DNA of 64,000 nucleotides, taken from the NCBI RefSeq assembly GCF_964204865.1, contig NC_135261.1, forward strand, positions 6,882,001 to 6,946,000, written 5' to 3'. The notes beneath the pieces were generated by a model. It did not search any database. It was not told the origin of the DNA and was given only the letters and a program-made list of their open reading frames with translations. The stretch's first letter is position 1, and every line of letters starts with the position of its first letter. Positions 26,089 through 41,433 of this stretch are shown piece after piece. The DNA is from Styela clava. Its lineage: Eukaryota. The translations under genes were made by a program, and so were the position numbers.

Positions 26089-26933
26089 GTATAGATGCAT
26101 GATATCACTTCTTCACCGTTTTATGAACTATCTGATCGCAGACGACGGTGTGTATACGTTATATTATTCTATTTTTTCTCATTATAAAGGTTGAACTCAT
26201 TGATTCTCCAATTTCGAAAATGTTTATATCATATGAATGAAAATTCCAGATAATATATATATAGCCGAATATTTTGCCTAAATAAGTCTATGGTCGTTTG
26301 CAAGTACAAATAAAATGAACGGTACTCCCGAAGTATGTTAACGAAGATGTACCAAATGAACACATAGTAAAAGCGTTTTAGTTACACGCTATACGCCGAA
26401 AGATATTTGTGGTCATAACGTAATGGTATTTTCGATTGATTCATGAGATGGGGGTAAAAAAGAAATAATTATGTTATAAGGTATACGATGTTCCATATTC
26501 ACTATGACATCAAAATATTATGACGCCACAAAACCTCCTTTTTGCACGTTCACACTTTCATGTCACGGGTTGGCTTTTGTTTTGTTAGATTTGTGTAGAC
26601 TTTACTTTAAATTTTGTCTCATTTTTATACTGTAAATTTCGCTTCTATTGATTTCAACAATAGATGGACAAGTTTGTAGTTCGATTTATTTTTAAATGTA
26701 AATAAATTATTGCATGTAAAATGGCTTAATCTTGTACTGGAGAATGATCAGCATGTTTTATCTTATATTATTGAAGCATTAAACTCTTAATACTAGCGGA
26801 CAATGTTTAATAGTGACTAGTGAGTCGTAATTAGGAATTGTCCATTTTACCTTGGGGATAGTGAGAATTCATTTCACTTTCGTCCGTTGATTGCTTTGCG
26901 CGGGTCAGCAGTTCATGATCAGTAAGCATAGAC

Positions 26934-27850
26934 CAGAGTGGTCCAAACCCAGGCCCGCTTTATTATCTGTGGCCCACGTCACATTCGGAGAGTAATCAAA
27001 AAATCGCATTTCGTGTTGTTTTGTGATAAAATTAATCAGAAAAATCATTTTACATATTGTTACATCGATAATGTCACTGAATTGACTAGTGCTATGGCTA
27101 GCTGAGGCAACTAGCGAAGTTGAATGATGTGCTTGGCAGTCTAAATCATTATCTGGATTTCTATCTTTTTGTTCGGGAAAATATGCTAACAATATAGGCA
27201 TCATAGAAAACTAAAAATTGAATGCGGATTCTATTAGCTTGGGATGGCTATGTCCAGTGGCGTAGCAACCACCCCCGCAACCATCGCGGTCGCGGGGGGC
27301 CCAACACGCAAAGGGCCCCAAGAGGTTAGAATTTAGAAATTTAAGCCGCAAAACCAAAAGCTGCATTGCAAAACCAGGAATGCACATCTAATTATAATGT
27401 TGATTTTAGTTCTGCTCAAATTGTATTGTTACGTAACAATGCCGGAGTCGTCGATTTTTGGCGTCGTGAGGTCTGATCGTACCGGCACAATCACGAAAGC
27501 TGTCAGAATGATGTAGAAAGCAAAACCTCTCAATGGCGCACAGAAACGAAGAAAAATTTTAGGTTACCATAGCCTTTATATAGCGACATGTTGTGCTTTT
27601 TGACGAAATAAAAAAACGTTGTTTTAGCTCATGTCCGAGAGTTTTTAGGGTCATTTCCACGAAATATTTTTTCGGGGGGGCCCACGAGAGTCTTGCTACG
27701 CCACTGGCTATGTCTGATAACTATGTGTTTGCACAATAAAAGTGTTTGTTTTGTATTGCACTGTTCATCCATTCCTGGCACTATTGTGGCCCGCGAACAA
27801 TGCAAAAATAATTTTGTGGCCCGCGAAGCCGACAACCTTGGACCACCCTG
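26934..27850. mobile_element. hAT-type MITE with a second MITE nested at 27255-27706
   Basis: Outer TIRs CAGAGTGGTCCAA/TTGGACCACCCTG with TSD GCATAGAC. Inner TIRs CAGTGGCGTAGCAA/TTGCTACGCCACTG with TSD GCTATGTC. Confidence 0.85.
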
Positions 27851-29385
27851 GCATAGACCATAGACTCAGCCTTGGAACGAAGGCATAGTCGTATGCTAGC
27901 TCGCTTGGCCTAAATATTCTGGCACCGCATGCTAGAGCTCTCGAATTCAAACCAATGACTTCCTCGACAAGGTTCTGATAAGCTAGGCATACAGCCCTGC
28001 AATAAAAGTTTACGGCTGGAAACACGGTAATTTGTAACTTCATTGAATGCATCTTCAGTGGTGCGGTTTTATGAATAGGTATGCTCGTCATATCTAGTAA
28101 CCCGAAGAAGCTGCTGAGTGTTACAAAGCCACACATTAGGTTCGATAATATGATGACGCACGCGAGCAACTTTATTTCTCAGCAGAAATGCACGAATTGA
28201 AACAGATAGGAAACAGAACAACGAAACGCGCCCTACCTTTGCGGCAGACAGACCAAGAAGAGCGAACTGCATTCTGAAATCAAATCACGTGGACAGCAGT
28301 GCACGGAGTCCAAGAATAGCAAAACCGGGCTCATTGGAAACTATATCAGGCGAAACAATGGATCTTACTCTTGCACGCAATACCTAAACAACAGAAAGTA
28401 GTCAGTTTCGGACCATTGAAGGCCCTACGGCATTTATAAAAGCCTTAAGAAACATCCTCATCGCACAGATTCCTTAATAAATATTTTATGAGATTGATGA
28501 ACTTTTCGCCAACTGATAGTTTGCGCAACAAACAACAGCTGGATACGTCATTCGAAACAGCATGCTAGGTAGCGGAATACACGCACATTTACAGTCACCC
28601 ACAACGTTAAATTTGTTACCCCAAATTCGATAAAAGTCCTTTGATAATATGTTAAAAATGCCATCGCAAGGATGTAAAAAGTAAATGACTTTTCTGCTTC
28701 TATTTGTAACAATCTGAAAAAAAGATAAAGTTTCAAGAACAACCCAGCATATAAGCAATATATATTTATTTTAAGCTATCGATTGTAAAGTGAATTATCG
28801 CCTTGTCATAATAAATTCAAAATTATTTTTTAACCATATTTTGTATTAGCATCAATTTTTTACATAAAGCTTATTCATGCGTGAAATGTTTTTACTTCTA
28901 CATCATAAGCATTTTATCAATCGTTAGTCTATTACATACTTCACCAAAATTAAGAAATAATTAAAAGAATGTAAAGTACGAATTAAATACAAAATTTACA
29001 TGGAAAACGTGAACAGCAGGTACTACTGTAGTATGCGAACCAAGATGGCGGACACCGGAACGTAGTGCGTGTACCAGGTTAGGGTTAGGCCGTAATTTCA
29101 GTTACAAATACTACGGGAGTCACTTGGATAGAACTAAAATAAGGACAATTGGAATAAAATTATGGCGCAACCCTAACCTGGTACACATACTACGTTCCGA
29201 TGACCGCCATCTTGGTTTGCATACTACAGGTGTACCCAATTTTATAATATTTATCTGGAGCATATCATTTTAGAAAAACACGTTTAGCATAAGCAATCCA
29301 TCATAGAAACTACGAAACTAATATTTTTAACATAAAATGATAGCTGAGCTTTAAAGAAATGTCATGAACTTGATGAAGGCATCAT

Positions 29386-32300
29386 CTAACAGGCTCCATT
29401 AGGATAACCGAGATGATCCATTTGTCTTGATAGCTGACACATCGAGCAAGGTAAACAGCACCAGTGGATGCAACAATCGCTACAAATGTCACCCTGTGAA
29501 AAACGTGGGGAATAAGGATTTTAATTTAATGTTTTTTTGTAGTGTTGTAGACAAATGTAGAGCATTTCCATGATATATTTCTCCAAATTCTAAGAAGACT
29601 TGAAAGAAAAAACGTGTCAAAACAAAAATGTGTGAAATGTGAACTTTTGAATACCGCAGGATCATAACCTGAAAATTTTCCTAAACTTTTCCTGATCTGA
29701 TTATGATAAGGAACAAAAATCTTCTATCCCAGGACTCATTAAACTGGGAGTGCCGACCCTTCGATGGGTCGCTAAAAGGCCCAATGGGGGTCGCGTTAAA
29801 ACCTTTTTTGACCTTAACTTATGTTAAAACAAAATATCGATCAAATTTGAAACCAAATTTGACCCCCCATCGCGAAAAAACTACTCTAGCCGAAGACTGC
29901 AAAGTAGGGGGAGATAACAATCGGATCCGACTCCCGTCATCGAGTTTATGGTCTCCGACTCCGAGTTAGGTAATATTTTAATTTTGACTCTGCGCTGTAA
30001 AAAAATTTGACAGCGACAGGTCCGTTTTGCAAGGAAATCAAGTATGTAAGCCTTTTGTGTAAAAACTGATCGGAAATGTAATGCTTCTTGAGTTGTTCAT
30101 AAAATATTTGACCTTTTTATCACCGCTGACTGTCTGAAATTCCGTCTCCGGATTATGCAAAATTTTGACTACAATCCCCGAGAATATGAAAATACAGATC
30201 TATTGACAATCTTGATCAAGATTTTATGATTTATAAAAAATAAATCATATATACCTGAATTCCATGCCTGTTTCTGAAAGCAGATCTCATCGCAAGATGT
30301 CCTCCAGGAACGCAACCTGCCGGATATCCACTGCAACCTACACAGCAATTCTCTCCCATACGTTGGGCAATGCAAGCGTAGTAGAAGTTTCCAAACCAGA
30401 ACGCACAGCAACCTGAACAAATTTGTTTCAATATTATTATGGTTTTTTTATTCAAATCAATTCTACGTTTATTGTGCTCCTCAACAAACTTCCGATTTTT
30501 GTATGCTAAAACCAAGTCACACGGATATACTAGTATTATAATTGAGAATCGTGTTACTAAATGAATATGGTACAAAAGAAAACAGGTCACGCTATAGGGC
30601 GCTGTTGACATTTAATATTCTGGCAATGCTTATTCAAAATAGAGTAGTTTATCACTACAGTACCTGCGTTTACATCCAAGCATTTTCGGAGAAATACGCG
30701 CGCCGAGTAACAATACACCCACACTTGTGATACAGTAGGTAATGATTTATATATTTATCTCGGGGGAGAGGAAAGTCGATAATAAGGTTTAACCATATAT
30801 CGAACAACGGCCTAACGTGTGGTTACCATTCCATGTCGGGTATGGGATTAGTTGGTTATTTGTTTTCGGAAGCATGGACTTGATGATGGAGGAATCTATA
30901 ACGGACCAGTGGTTACATGAACCACCCTACGGTGGCGGGGAGTTCAGCAATCCTGTTGCACACAACTATCCCGCATTGGATTCGAACCCGCGAACCCACA
31001 CAGAGTAATCAGAGGTACACTTCGTGTCCAAAACAGCGTTGAAAGTGTACTTACAACTCTTGATATCTTCACCGCAAGCGCACAATTCAGTAGACCACGC
31101 TCCCGTAGGCTGATTTATAATGACTGTTGTCTGCATTACCGATGCTGGTTGGCTTGTCACGATACCTTGTGGCTGATTGTAAGCTGGTGGGCCGTAACCA
31201 ACGGCAGGCTTGTTTTCGTAGGTCTGTATGTAATGGAGTGTCAAATTAAAAATATACTAATTACTAAATTTGTATTGCTTCATCGATTTATAAGTTTTTT
31301 ATATTACCGTTTGGGTTATTGATATTGTAGAATATGGTGGTAGATGAAAATTTCCAAATAAACCTTATACAACAATCATTTGTTAGAATAACTTTATTGT
31401 ATGCACGTATGCGTGAAACAAAAAACAATACCCAAATATATGGGCAAGAAGATGACGCCGTTTCCGGTACGGCGTTAGTTCACCGAATTTAAGAATCATA
31501 GTAGAAAGGGAAACAGAATGGAAAAATGTTCCATTTAATTGAAATAAATCAGCATACTTTTGGATCAAATATAGATGTCCCATAGAACTCAGGGAATAAT
31601 AAATAAATACAATAGTCTTCTTGTGATTCATTCCATTTGAATTCTGAACATTTGTGACCGATCAGTCCGTTAGTTGCGGAGAAATTTTTCCAGCAACAAA
31701 ATTACTTCAACAGCAACAAAACATCAAGACCAACAACACCAATGCAGGAAACGACCCATGGACCCACTTCGTATACCCAATAATAGCGCTTTCGACTATT
31801 AGGTCTTTTGCACCAGGAAGAGATTATTACAGTAGTTAAAATTACCTCCATTATGCAATCATTAGAAAATCAGTAGACGTAAATTTCAAACAAATCACCT
31901 CGAAATGACCAAATGGGTTTAGTCATTGTTATATTATAATGTATTATATCCATACATTCTTTTATGTTTTCAACGTTTGAACGCGACGCAGATGGATAAA
32001 GAGATGTGAAAATATGTCAGTCAGTTCGCCCCATTGTCCCGCTTCTTATAAATATTGATTTTGCCAAGCAGTTTCTAGGTGTGTTCACGCTTACGAAAAA
32101 ATAACCAAATTTTCATTGTCATTCAAGTAGTCATAATAGTAACTTTGACTATGGAAAATGTTTGATTACAAGTCTCGGCATAAACTTAAACTCCGCCTGG
32201 CGGGTTTTTCGAAGGTTTCATAACACATTCATTTATAGTCTATTTTTATAAAATATAAACATATTTTATGCGCTTGTCATGTTTTCTTAAAGGCTGGTAA

Positions 32301-32534
32301 AGAAAATTTCCAAGAAATCGGACACTATAAAATAATATTAGCATGATTTTGTCACAATACGAATTTTTCTCCGATTAATAGTGATGGGTAACCCTGCTTA
32401 TGATAAATTTACATATAGGCCAATATGTCAAAATCTTTATAACGCCATATGCTCAAAAACGGTATGTTAAAAATTCAAATTTGATTTCCCGATTCAATGA
32501 TACAATTTTACAGACGTGAACTACTTACCGCCAT
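29386..32534 (-). CDS. PLAC8/cornifelin family Cys-rich protein, 146 aa. Exons 32534-32529, 31223-31055, 30412-30255, 29493-29386
   Basis: WSTELCACGEDIKSCCCAFW, GENCC, AMRSAFRNRHGIQGDICSDCCIHWCCLPCSMCQLSRQM match the PLAC8 domain. Phases are consistent. The 2-codon first coding exon is the least certain part. Confidence 0.88.
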
Positions 32535-35500
32535 TTGTAGCCTTCGAAATTAAAATTATTTTCAAGTGATGATCGGTACGTATATATTCTGGATATTTCT
32601 ACTTAACTTATTATGAATTAAAATGAAACATAAATATAAGAATAATAATTAAATAAATAAATAATATCAGTCGTACATTTAAAAAGTTAGAAAATACTTG
32701 TATTATCAGTTGTTCGAATTGTTCGACTAATATTCACTGATCTGTTACAAGTCTTACAAGTCTTCTACAGGCGAGAATACTCATGACTTACTAAATTATT
32801 TGCAATCTGAATGAGGTTATGTTTATAAGGCTGAGATACAATGCTGTTTGTATAACAAAATTATATTACCGAGGAAAAAAATTGTAATACTGATTTCTGG
32901 TACAAGAAAGTCAAGAATTTTTTTTCTTAAATACCCCTACATCCGGGAAGCTGTGCAGTGAATAGATGAAAACACTATTTACACTATCTTGACAAGGGCT
33001 GGGCATTCCAAATCGAATATTCGAATCGAATAGTAAATTATTCGAATCGGTTCAGACGGGAATTTAGAAACGCCGCCAGCTTTTTGTCCGGCCACAGGTA
33101 GAGTTTAATTCATCATTTTTTATATATATCGAATTTTTAAAACGTAATTCTGACATATGACTCTTTTCTTCCGAGTAATTTATTAGTGGTATTGAATCAA
33201 AAAAGGAAAACCAGGTTTATATTCGGCACGTTTTTAGCACTCGAGAATGTGCGAGCAAAGTTGAAATAAGAATGGAATAAACTCCAATCCAAATCTTTGC
33301 TTATCTTATGTGATTCAGGAGACTCGCTGCACACTAACAAAAGTATATATGCGTGATAGAAATATATTTGTGTTAGTGTGTAGCAAGCCTCTTGAATCAC
33401 TTAGGATAGTTATCTTCACTCTTGCTACAGCCTACATGCATTGTGTGCATACGTACTCGCCGGCACAAAAGCGTAGAAGAAGGATAAGTAGTTCGTCCGG
33501 TAAAAATCCAATCGATAGCAAAAGCTTTGCTTGTTTGTGATTCTTGTCATTACTGAAATTTATGGACCGCCATATCTACTTCGGCTACCCGCTATTTAGC
33601 GCTACAGAAGTATGTGTACCAATATGGCGGTAACTAATTTTGATCACCTATTTTACATCAAATTGTGTTAAGGGACTGACACCTATGGGCAGAGAATATA
33701 TTCACTTGGTTAACACAGGAAATCCCCGACTCGTAATAAGACTTATAAGGAAAATCGGAATAAAACTATGGCCTAACCCTAACCTGGTACACATACTTCG
33801 AGAATACCCGTTAATTAGACTAATGCCTATGATTATTCCAAAATCATTTTCAAAACAACTATATTATATCAAGTATAAAGTATTCTAAAAATAGTTTATT
33901 TGCCTTGTTGTGGAAACATTCGCCTTTTTTTAATCTACTTTTCTTTTAACCGCTTGCAACTTGACACTGGTCAGTCCTATACCTTAAGACAACTATAACA
34001 TAGATATACAATACACATTCATCTGGATAAAACCTCATTTATCTATTTATGTTAATTAAAATACTTTCGTACCAATAACAGAAACTGTTCTATACACGCT
34101 TATAAATTAAGTCTCGTCTTTTCAATGGAATCCATCACGAAAATGATTCATATTTATTTAGCCGTGAGTTCGCTCCTATATGTCCGTTACGCTTGATGAC
34201 GCTTTCAATAACGCTTGACAAAACTAAAGAATAGGAGACTTAGTGAGACCGTTAAATAATATGACAATCACAAATTTTCGGAATTTTATAACAACATTTC
34301 GAAACCTTATAACAACATTTCGATACATTATCACTCCACGTTTGTGTGAGCCAAATTCTGTCCGAGCAAGGCAATATTCTTAAGTAAATCGATTCCTATC
34401 GTCCACAGGATTGTTAAAATCGTTAAATATGTGACTCGGACTGTTTAATAAATTTTATACACAAATATACAGGGTGTGCATTAGGTCTCTCTACAATTTC
34501 AATTTTGTTATGAAGTCAGTTCTCAATATATCTCAACCAGGTTTGTTGTTTTTTAATCAGTAATTGTTTTAGTATTTTTACCTTCACAACTGTGAGGGCC
34601 AAAACAATATATAATATCGATAAATTCCATTTGCACTTTGAAAAAAAAATGGACAAAAATATTCTGACAAGCTCTTGTTCTGACACGTATGTGAGGCGAT
34701 TGGACGTCATTTCATCCAAAATACATCTAAATGTTTAGTCTAGTATTTGACTGAAGAGAAATAACGGTTATTTGAGACAACAGTAAATCTTTTTTCAATT
34801 GAGAAGCCCATCAGCTTTATTAATAAGCTTGTGGACGTTAGATCAAGATAAAGCGGCTCATCGCCATTACTTTTACTTGAAAGTAAACTACTCAGAGTAC
34901 ATATGTGTTTCGTTTGCAAGTCCCTTGCAATGGTGGTATGTTTAATTGACACGAAATGGACATACGGATCATTTTGTTATTATTATGTTTCTTCTTACAG
35001 TTGTTGTCAAAGAACCTTCCTTTTTTACTACTAGACCGAGTGCTTTACAATTTTCAGTGGTTAAAGTTTGTTGTTGTCGCTTGAAGGATATAACTTTTAT
35101 TTATTTCAAATTTCTGTGGACTCTATGAGAATCTTCTTTGTGTGTGGTGGTGTCGTCAAAATCAAAAGTTGAACACGTTTTTCACGATTACGCGATCGCG
35201 ATCGTTGCTATTTGGTAGCCAATCGAAGTGGTAAAGACTGTCGTACCGTACCCGTACTAATTCATTTTGGCCGCCGTGTCCATATATTCGAACATTGCTA
35301 TCTTGCTATAACAATTATGTATGGATGATCATTTATATTCTTTGGTTTCTGCCACATTGTTGCGATTTCGTTGTTTCTAATCAGCTACTTTGCATATTTT
35401 GGACTCCTTAATTTTGAACAAGGACATAATAATGTCTAGACTCTAGAGAATTCATAACAAATACCGTTAGAGAGCCAATTAGTCTACATCGTGAAACTCT

Positions 35501-37907
35501 AAAAATTGTCTAATTCGTTTCTTTCAGTCTATGTGTACGAAATATATGTTATAAACTTTCAAAAAATGTAGGCATTTTTACTCAAAATGTTACCAAAACG
35601 CCGTAACAATTGTGTCGTCTGTAAATTAATGCTGCGATGAACACGTGCATATTAATGCCAGCTTTATTGATACCACCATTTCAATGGCCATTTTATTGAC
35701 TTTTTGACTATAGAAAATCACCATGACCATACTGTAGTAAACTGAAAGATTAAATAAGTTCACAAAAACTTGTATAACATGTGTTAACTAGTGTTTACAA
35801 ATGCCTTCATAATACATCTATTCTTCTTGATTGACAAAAAAATTAATTATTAAACAATCATATTTATACCGATTTCGAATTACGACGCCACCACACGGCC
35901 TTTTAAAAGGTCGACCTGGGCAAGCGACCGCTCGAGATTCGGGAAACGGTGGACAGTAACCGTATTCCCAAACTTTTTTCCTCAATCCCTATTTTTGTAA
36001 AATCTAAAATTATAGATATTCGCGACCTCACAACAAAAAGTTTCGTTCAGCAGTCCCAGGAATCAGTAAACGTATATCGTCATCCTGGGGAATATTTCAA
36101 CCCTGCCGTCGTCATTATTACTGTGTTGTTATTCTCGCATCCGACGTGTCGCTGTTTTATTTCTTACGTGTCGTCATTCTATCTTTCGAGTTTTCTGGCG
36201 CCCCTCTAAGCTTTGGGAGATGTTTAGGATGGCATTTCATATTGTAGCGTTTTCACTTGTGATTTTGGTTAGCAATTAGGTAGTTTCGTCCATAGCGTTT
36301 TTTTTTAACTCTATTTCGAATTGTTCGATATAACATATGATATTTGCATGTCTACAGCTCTTTATTATCAATCTGAAAATACAACCAAATACTTAAATCA
36401 AATCAACAGAACAGAAAGGACACAATGAAAATAACGAACGACAAGCATCACGAAGCAAGAAAAATAATATATACAAGAAAAATCCTGAAATCTGAGGACA
36501 GCCCTTGAAATCCGGTACATTCCAGCTAACCTCTGATCAGCCTACTGACTAGCATTAAAATATCTAAACGAGAATGGTCCAAAGTTGCTAGGTTGGCGGG
36601 CGCAATAACTTTTGAGGATGTCTCGCAGGCCGCAGTCGGAGAAAACCCAGAAGTCATCAAAACATCGCGTGTTTACTCACTTTAAATATATTTAGGAATC
36701 AGAGTTTACCACTCTGATTAGTTTTTTAAGGAAGTTATATAAAGCCTTCAGTTATTTTGAAATTGCTTCCCGAGTAATATCGTGGTATTTCCGGTATCTT
36801 TTCTCGTGTTTGGTTTTGTAATGTCGCTTAAAGTTATGTTATTTCGTGACAGATATTACTTGAAAACACACCAGACAGTGTGGTTTAACGTTGTTGTGGG
36901 TAAGGAAATACCTTTCCTCTCAGTTTACCTCGATCACTTTTTTTCTACACTCACTGTATGAAGAATTGTCATATTTGAAAAAATGTATTACGTGTAGCGT
37001 GAGCAGGCCTAGTGCTGCCGTCAAAGAACAACCAAGTCTGTTTAAGTTCGGACCCAGTTATAAAAAAAAAATGGATCGCGCGGCGCTAAATCAACAGTGC
37101 GGTTCGTGACTGCGGTCGCATGGCCAACGCTTGAAAATAGAGAAGTATTTTGGCTAAAATAAAGGCACAAAACGTCTCTTCAAATGAGGAGTTACTTGAC
37201 GCAAGCTCATCTCATCGGCTTGGTCTTGTCTGCACAAAACAATTCATTCTCCTTGTACCGATCACAGGACGTCATTCACATATTGGCACCGTCTTGACGT
37301 TTATAGATACAACATTGAAATTCCGTTATTTTAACAAACATCAATTCCGACATCGGGATTTGGAAAAGAACCATTTCCAGTTGAAATAGTATGAACCCCG
37401 GTTAATTAATTGATGCATGAAGACAATAGAAAGTGTCGCGGACTATAGCGTTCGCGTTTATATTGTTTGTATATTTAACAGATAACATTACTAAAGAACT
37501 GAAAACACGACCGGCCGCCAGCGCAGCGACTGGAGAAAAGAGATCGAAAGACAGTTTTTTTCTCTCACGTGTAGTTAGTGGTCAGAGTCCAGATCCGACG
37601 AAACAGCATTGAATAAGGTTCAACATAACAGTTTATGAACATAAAAATATGAATATACAAAAAATATAATCGAGGACGATATGGTCCGCAACAGAGCCCT
37701 TTCCTTGTTCAGAGCAGAGCAGCCCCGGCTATAATTCAAAGCAAAATTTCCGTTTCTGGAGCTTGATACCCCCAACCCTATTTCTTCCCATGTTACAGGA
37801 TTTGCTGTACATGTAGTATTTTTTCAAAGAAAAAATTGATCAACATTTACATGCAGAATGCAAAAAATTTTCTTCAGCTTTTCTCATGTCGTGGATATCT
37901 CAAGCGG

Positions 37908-37976
37908 TTAGACGTTTGACACGAAGCCCCATTCGAACATTATGTTTTTCTTTCGGCATTCACATCCGCAAGGAGT
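37908..37976 (-). pseudogene. Orphan last exon of an inverted, 5'-deleted duplicate of the 41434-44531 gene
   Basis: Encodes TPCGCECRKKNIMFEWGFVSNV*, identical to 44463-44531, behind an intact TTTCAG acceptor. Flanking intron and 3' UTR are also duplicated. No copy of exons 1-4 remains. Confidence 0.85.
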
Positions 37977-40900
37977 CTGAAATTTGAAAGATAAGATACC
38001 TTTAAGAACTTTCATTTACGATATAAATATCACGATATTTCTTACCATCAGATTACTTTTTATTCTTGATGAATTCATTGTAAAGTCTTTGATATTTCTT
38101 AATCAACATTTCAATCAAGTAAACCGTTTTGTCACCTCTAGTATTGTGTTATATTGAGTCACGTGGGACCCTATAGTTTCACCCAGGATTTTGCTATTGT
38201 CCAAAATATTGTGCTTTTATTTTTTCAAAATGCTGAAACTTGAAACTAATACTGCTAATTGAGCAACGAGAATCTAGAATTAGATATTACATCAGGCCAA
38301 CCCGTAATATTGACGACAAAGCCTATGCTCTGTTACGGCTTTAGAGGTGTACATGTTTGAATTGCAATGGGACTTGATTTGTGATTTTTATTTTAAAGTT
38401 TTTGCACGATAAGATAATGGATTTTCGTGTAAATACCCTACCATACCGCTTTGTGTACATATTTGAATAGGATAGGTTTGGATTTATATATTTATTCGAG
38501 GGAAAGGGAAATGGCAACACAGTGTAATCATACGGCGCCAGTTATATGTTTCAGGCTTCGGTTCAGGCTTCGCCACTCTCATCAGGTTTCGATTCTCATA
38601 TATGCATCCCTGCACAGATTCACACTTTAAATGCATTATAACATTTTTTAAACCTTCCGTTCATCGGTACGCTTTACAAAATATAGATCGCTCGTTTACC
38701 CCCAAAATTGCGTGTTGTGATTGGACAAAATAAGTTGTGTAAAATTCGAAAGTGAACTTGGTAGTTAGTGTAGTTGTAGTTAAAGCTTGGGATGAAAATG
38801 TGACTTCCTGAGAAGTTCTTCAAACTATTATCACCAGGCGATAATTTTTTTAGGGCGGTTATGGAGTGAATATCCGTATACCTAATGTACCTCTTGAAAA
38901 GTGGAAGTGTACCACTGGAGGTACATGTACCCTAGTTTGGGAACCCTTGCTTTAAAAAGTCAATCTAGTAACGATTTGAACCATTTAGTATTCGTGGAAT
39001 AAGAATTTACGATTATGTGTTTTGATTCTCTCGACGATAATTCTGACTCATATCCCTCGAACCATCTGCATGAACCATCTAAATTTCGTATGAAATCTGA
39101 TATTTCGTCCAAGATTTCGCTGTAATATTTTATCCATGGGAACACTGGCTGTCTGGTTTGATTCTTGCTACGCAAAACTCGGAATTTTTCTGAGGGTAGC
39201 GGTAGCGTCAAAGACTGCTTCGCTCTGTGTAATGTGTTCATATATTTGAGCATTGCTTTGTTGTAAATGTAATTGTAATTTGATAATTTTTGCCCGGAGT
39301 AATTGTGATGTAATTGAAAAATTTAAGAGAGTAATTGTAATGGTAATTGTAATTGAACTGAATTACTGTAATTGATCCAACTCTGCATCGAGTATTCAAT
39401 GAAGCTTCAAAAATCATTTTGAATAATCTTTTCTTAACATTTAATTAATATATATTTATTGTTTAATATATAACAATTCTAACAAGGTTTGATTTCTTAT
39501 AATTTTTTATATCTCTTCATAGGCTGTTTGATTTTCTAAATTATGAATTCTCTATTTTGTATTTGTAAAGTTAAGATATAATTATACCATTTTGAGATTT
39601 TTTTCTTTCTCGTGCGAAGGAACTGATTTAAAATGTATAAACAGACGAATATTTCACAAATTCTGGGTCAGACAGAGTTCAGAGTAAAATGCGAATTTCT
39701 ACTTAAAAACAAGTATCCAGAACTGAATACAAATGTTTTTTGCGGTGATTTTCCCTTGGGCTATAACAAGAATTTTCCAACATTTCTCACTTTTAGATGA
39801 TTTGAAGTTTTACCGCGTATTGACCGTATAAATGGATAACGATTGTTTATCACATCTGTCAAAATACAATCAAGATCAAAGTATATCTCGTGCATTCTGA
39901 CACAATAATGCCTAAAAAAAGTTATTTTTACTAAATACTTTAAATAAAACCTAAAAGAGTCGACATCTGGTTTTGAACTTGTGAGGCACGAAGTCTCACA
40001 GAAAAGTCATTAGTAGCAATAAATCACATTTATCAAAATTTGAATTAGACAATGCGACTTTTCACTGAAGAATGACTTTCAATGGCGCATGAAAGCGCAA
40101 TAAGTCAATGAAGAATGGAAAATATAGAATATTTTAACTAGCTTACATCACATTCTTATACTTATTCTTTGTGACAGCAAAGCCGATAAGATGGCTTGAT
40201 TGCAGTCTTCTTCTCCTTCTACTAGTCCATGTCGGCAATAAAAATGATTGACCAAATTATTTTTGTCAGATTTCATGCAAATCTGATATAGATGGTTCGA
40301 CGGATATGAGTCAGAATTATCGTCGAGACGATCAAAACGCATAATCGTAAATTCTTATTCCACGAATACTAAATGGTTTAAATCGTTACTAGATTGACTT
40401 TTTGAAGCAAGGGTTCTCAAACTAGGGTACATGTACCTCCAGTGGTACATTTCGACTTTTCGAAAGGTACATTAGGTATACGGATATTCTCGCCATAACC
40501 GCCCTAGAAAAATTTATCGCCTGGTGATAATACTTTGAAAAACTTTTCAAGAAGTCACATTTTCACCCCAAGCTTCAACTACAACTACACTAACTACCAA
40601 ATTTACTTTCGAATTTTACGCAACTTATTTTGTCCAATCACAGCACGCAATTTTGGGGGTAAATGAGAGATTTATATTTTGTAAAGCGTATCGATGAACG
40701 GAAGGTTAAGAAAATGTTATAAAGCATTTGAAGTGTGGATCTGTGCAGGGGTGCATATATGAGAATCGAAACCTGATGAGAGTGGCGAAGCCTGAACCGA
40801 GACCTTGGCATGAAATTTTTTGAAAGGTCTTGAAGTTTTCATCACGCAAAATAGATTCCGAGATGTTGTTTTGGTTAACCGTGCCACAGCAGTTGCTCGG

Positions 40901-41433
40901 GCATCGGAATTAATGGAATAAAGTATAAACAGTTATCGAGAATTACCTCGACCTATTGTCACTCTTCGAGTACTTCGGGTTACTTCGTTGATGTTGCACG
41001 CAATCTTTGGAAAGTGAGTCATGATTTCTGACAATGCCCAGAAAGGTTTTCGGTAATTGTATAGTTGCACGTCTATAGCTGTAAACATTTTATCTTTTTA
41101 TCATTTTTCTGGTTATCCTGTGTATTTAGTGAATTAAAATCTACATTTCTGCATATATTTAATCGTATCAACGATTATAGTGGTTTGGTAGTCAGTATAA
41201 GACATTCCACGAAATACTCGAATGTGCAAAAACAAGAACTAGAATTTCGAACCGCAATACTTGTTTGCTCCTCTGATTGGCTAACGATAAAATGGCACGT
41301 CTGTATACTTATACTATATAAATGAGAAGCCAATGATCTACATCCTTATGAAGCTGCAACACGGAGAAGTGAATTGTCCATACATTTGCGATTTTTGTTC
41401 AAGAAAGGAAAGAAACTTCGAATCACAATCGAG

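Noticed and set aside
27860-28445. GC-richer stretch with short ORFs, AATAAA and a PBS-like TGGTGCGG; a similar LTR-like patch at about 53500-53950
   Set aside because: No paired LTR, TSD or recognisable protein motif.
37230-37340. Minus-strand VVSINVKTVPICE*RP, resembling a decayed cystine-knot end
   Set aside because: Short, interrupted by stops and without splice support; could be chance.
40765-40800. CTGATGAG...GAAG resembling a hammerhead ribozyme core
   Set aside because: No GAAA in the right place and no supporting stems.
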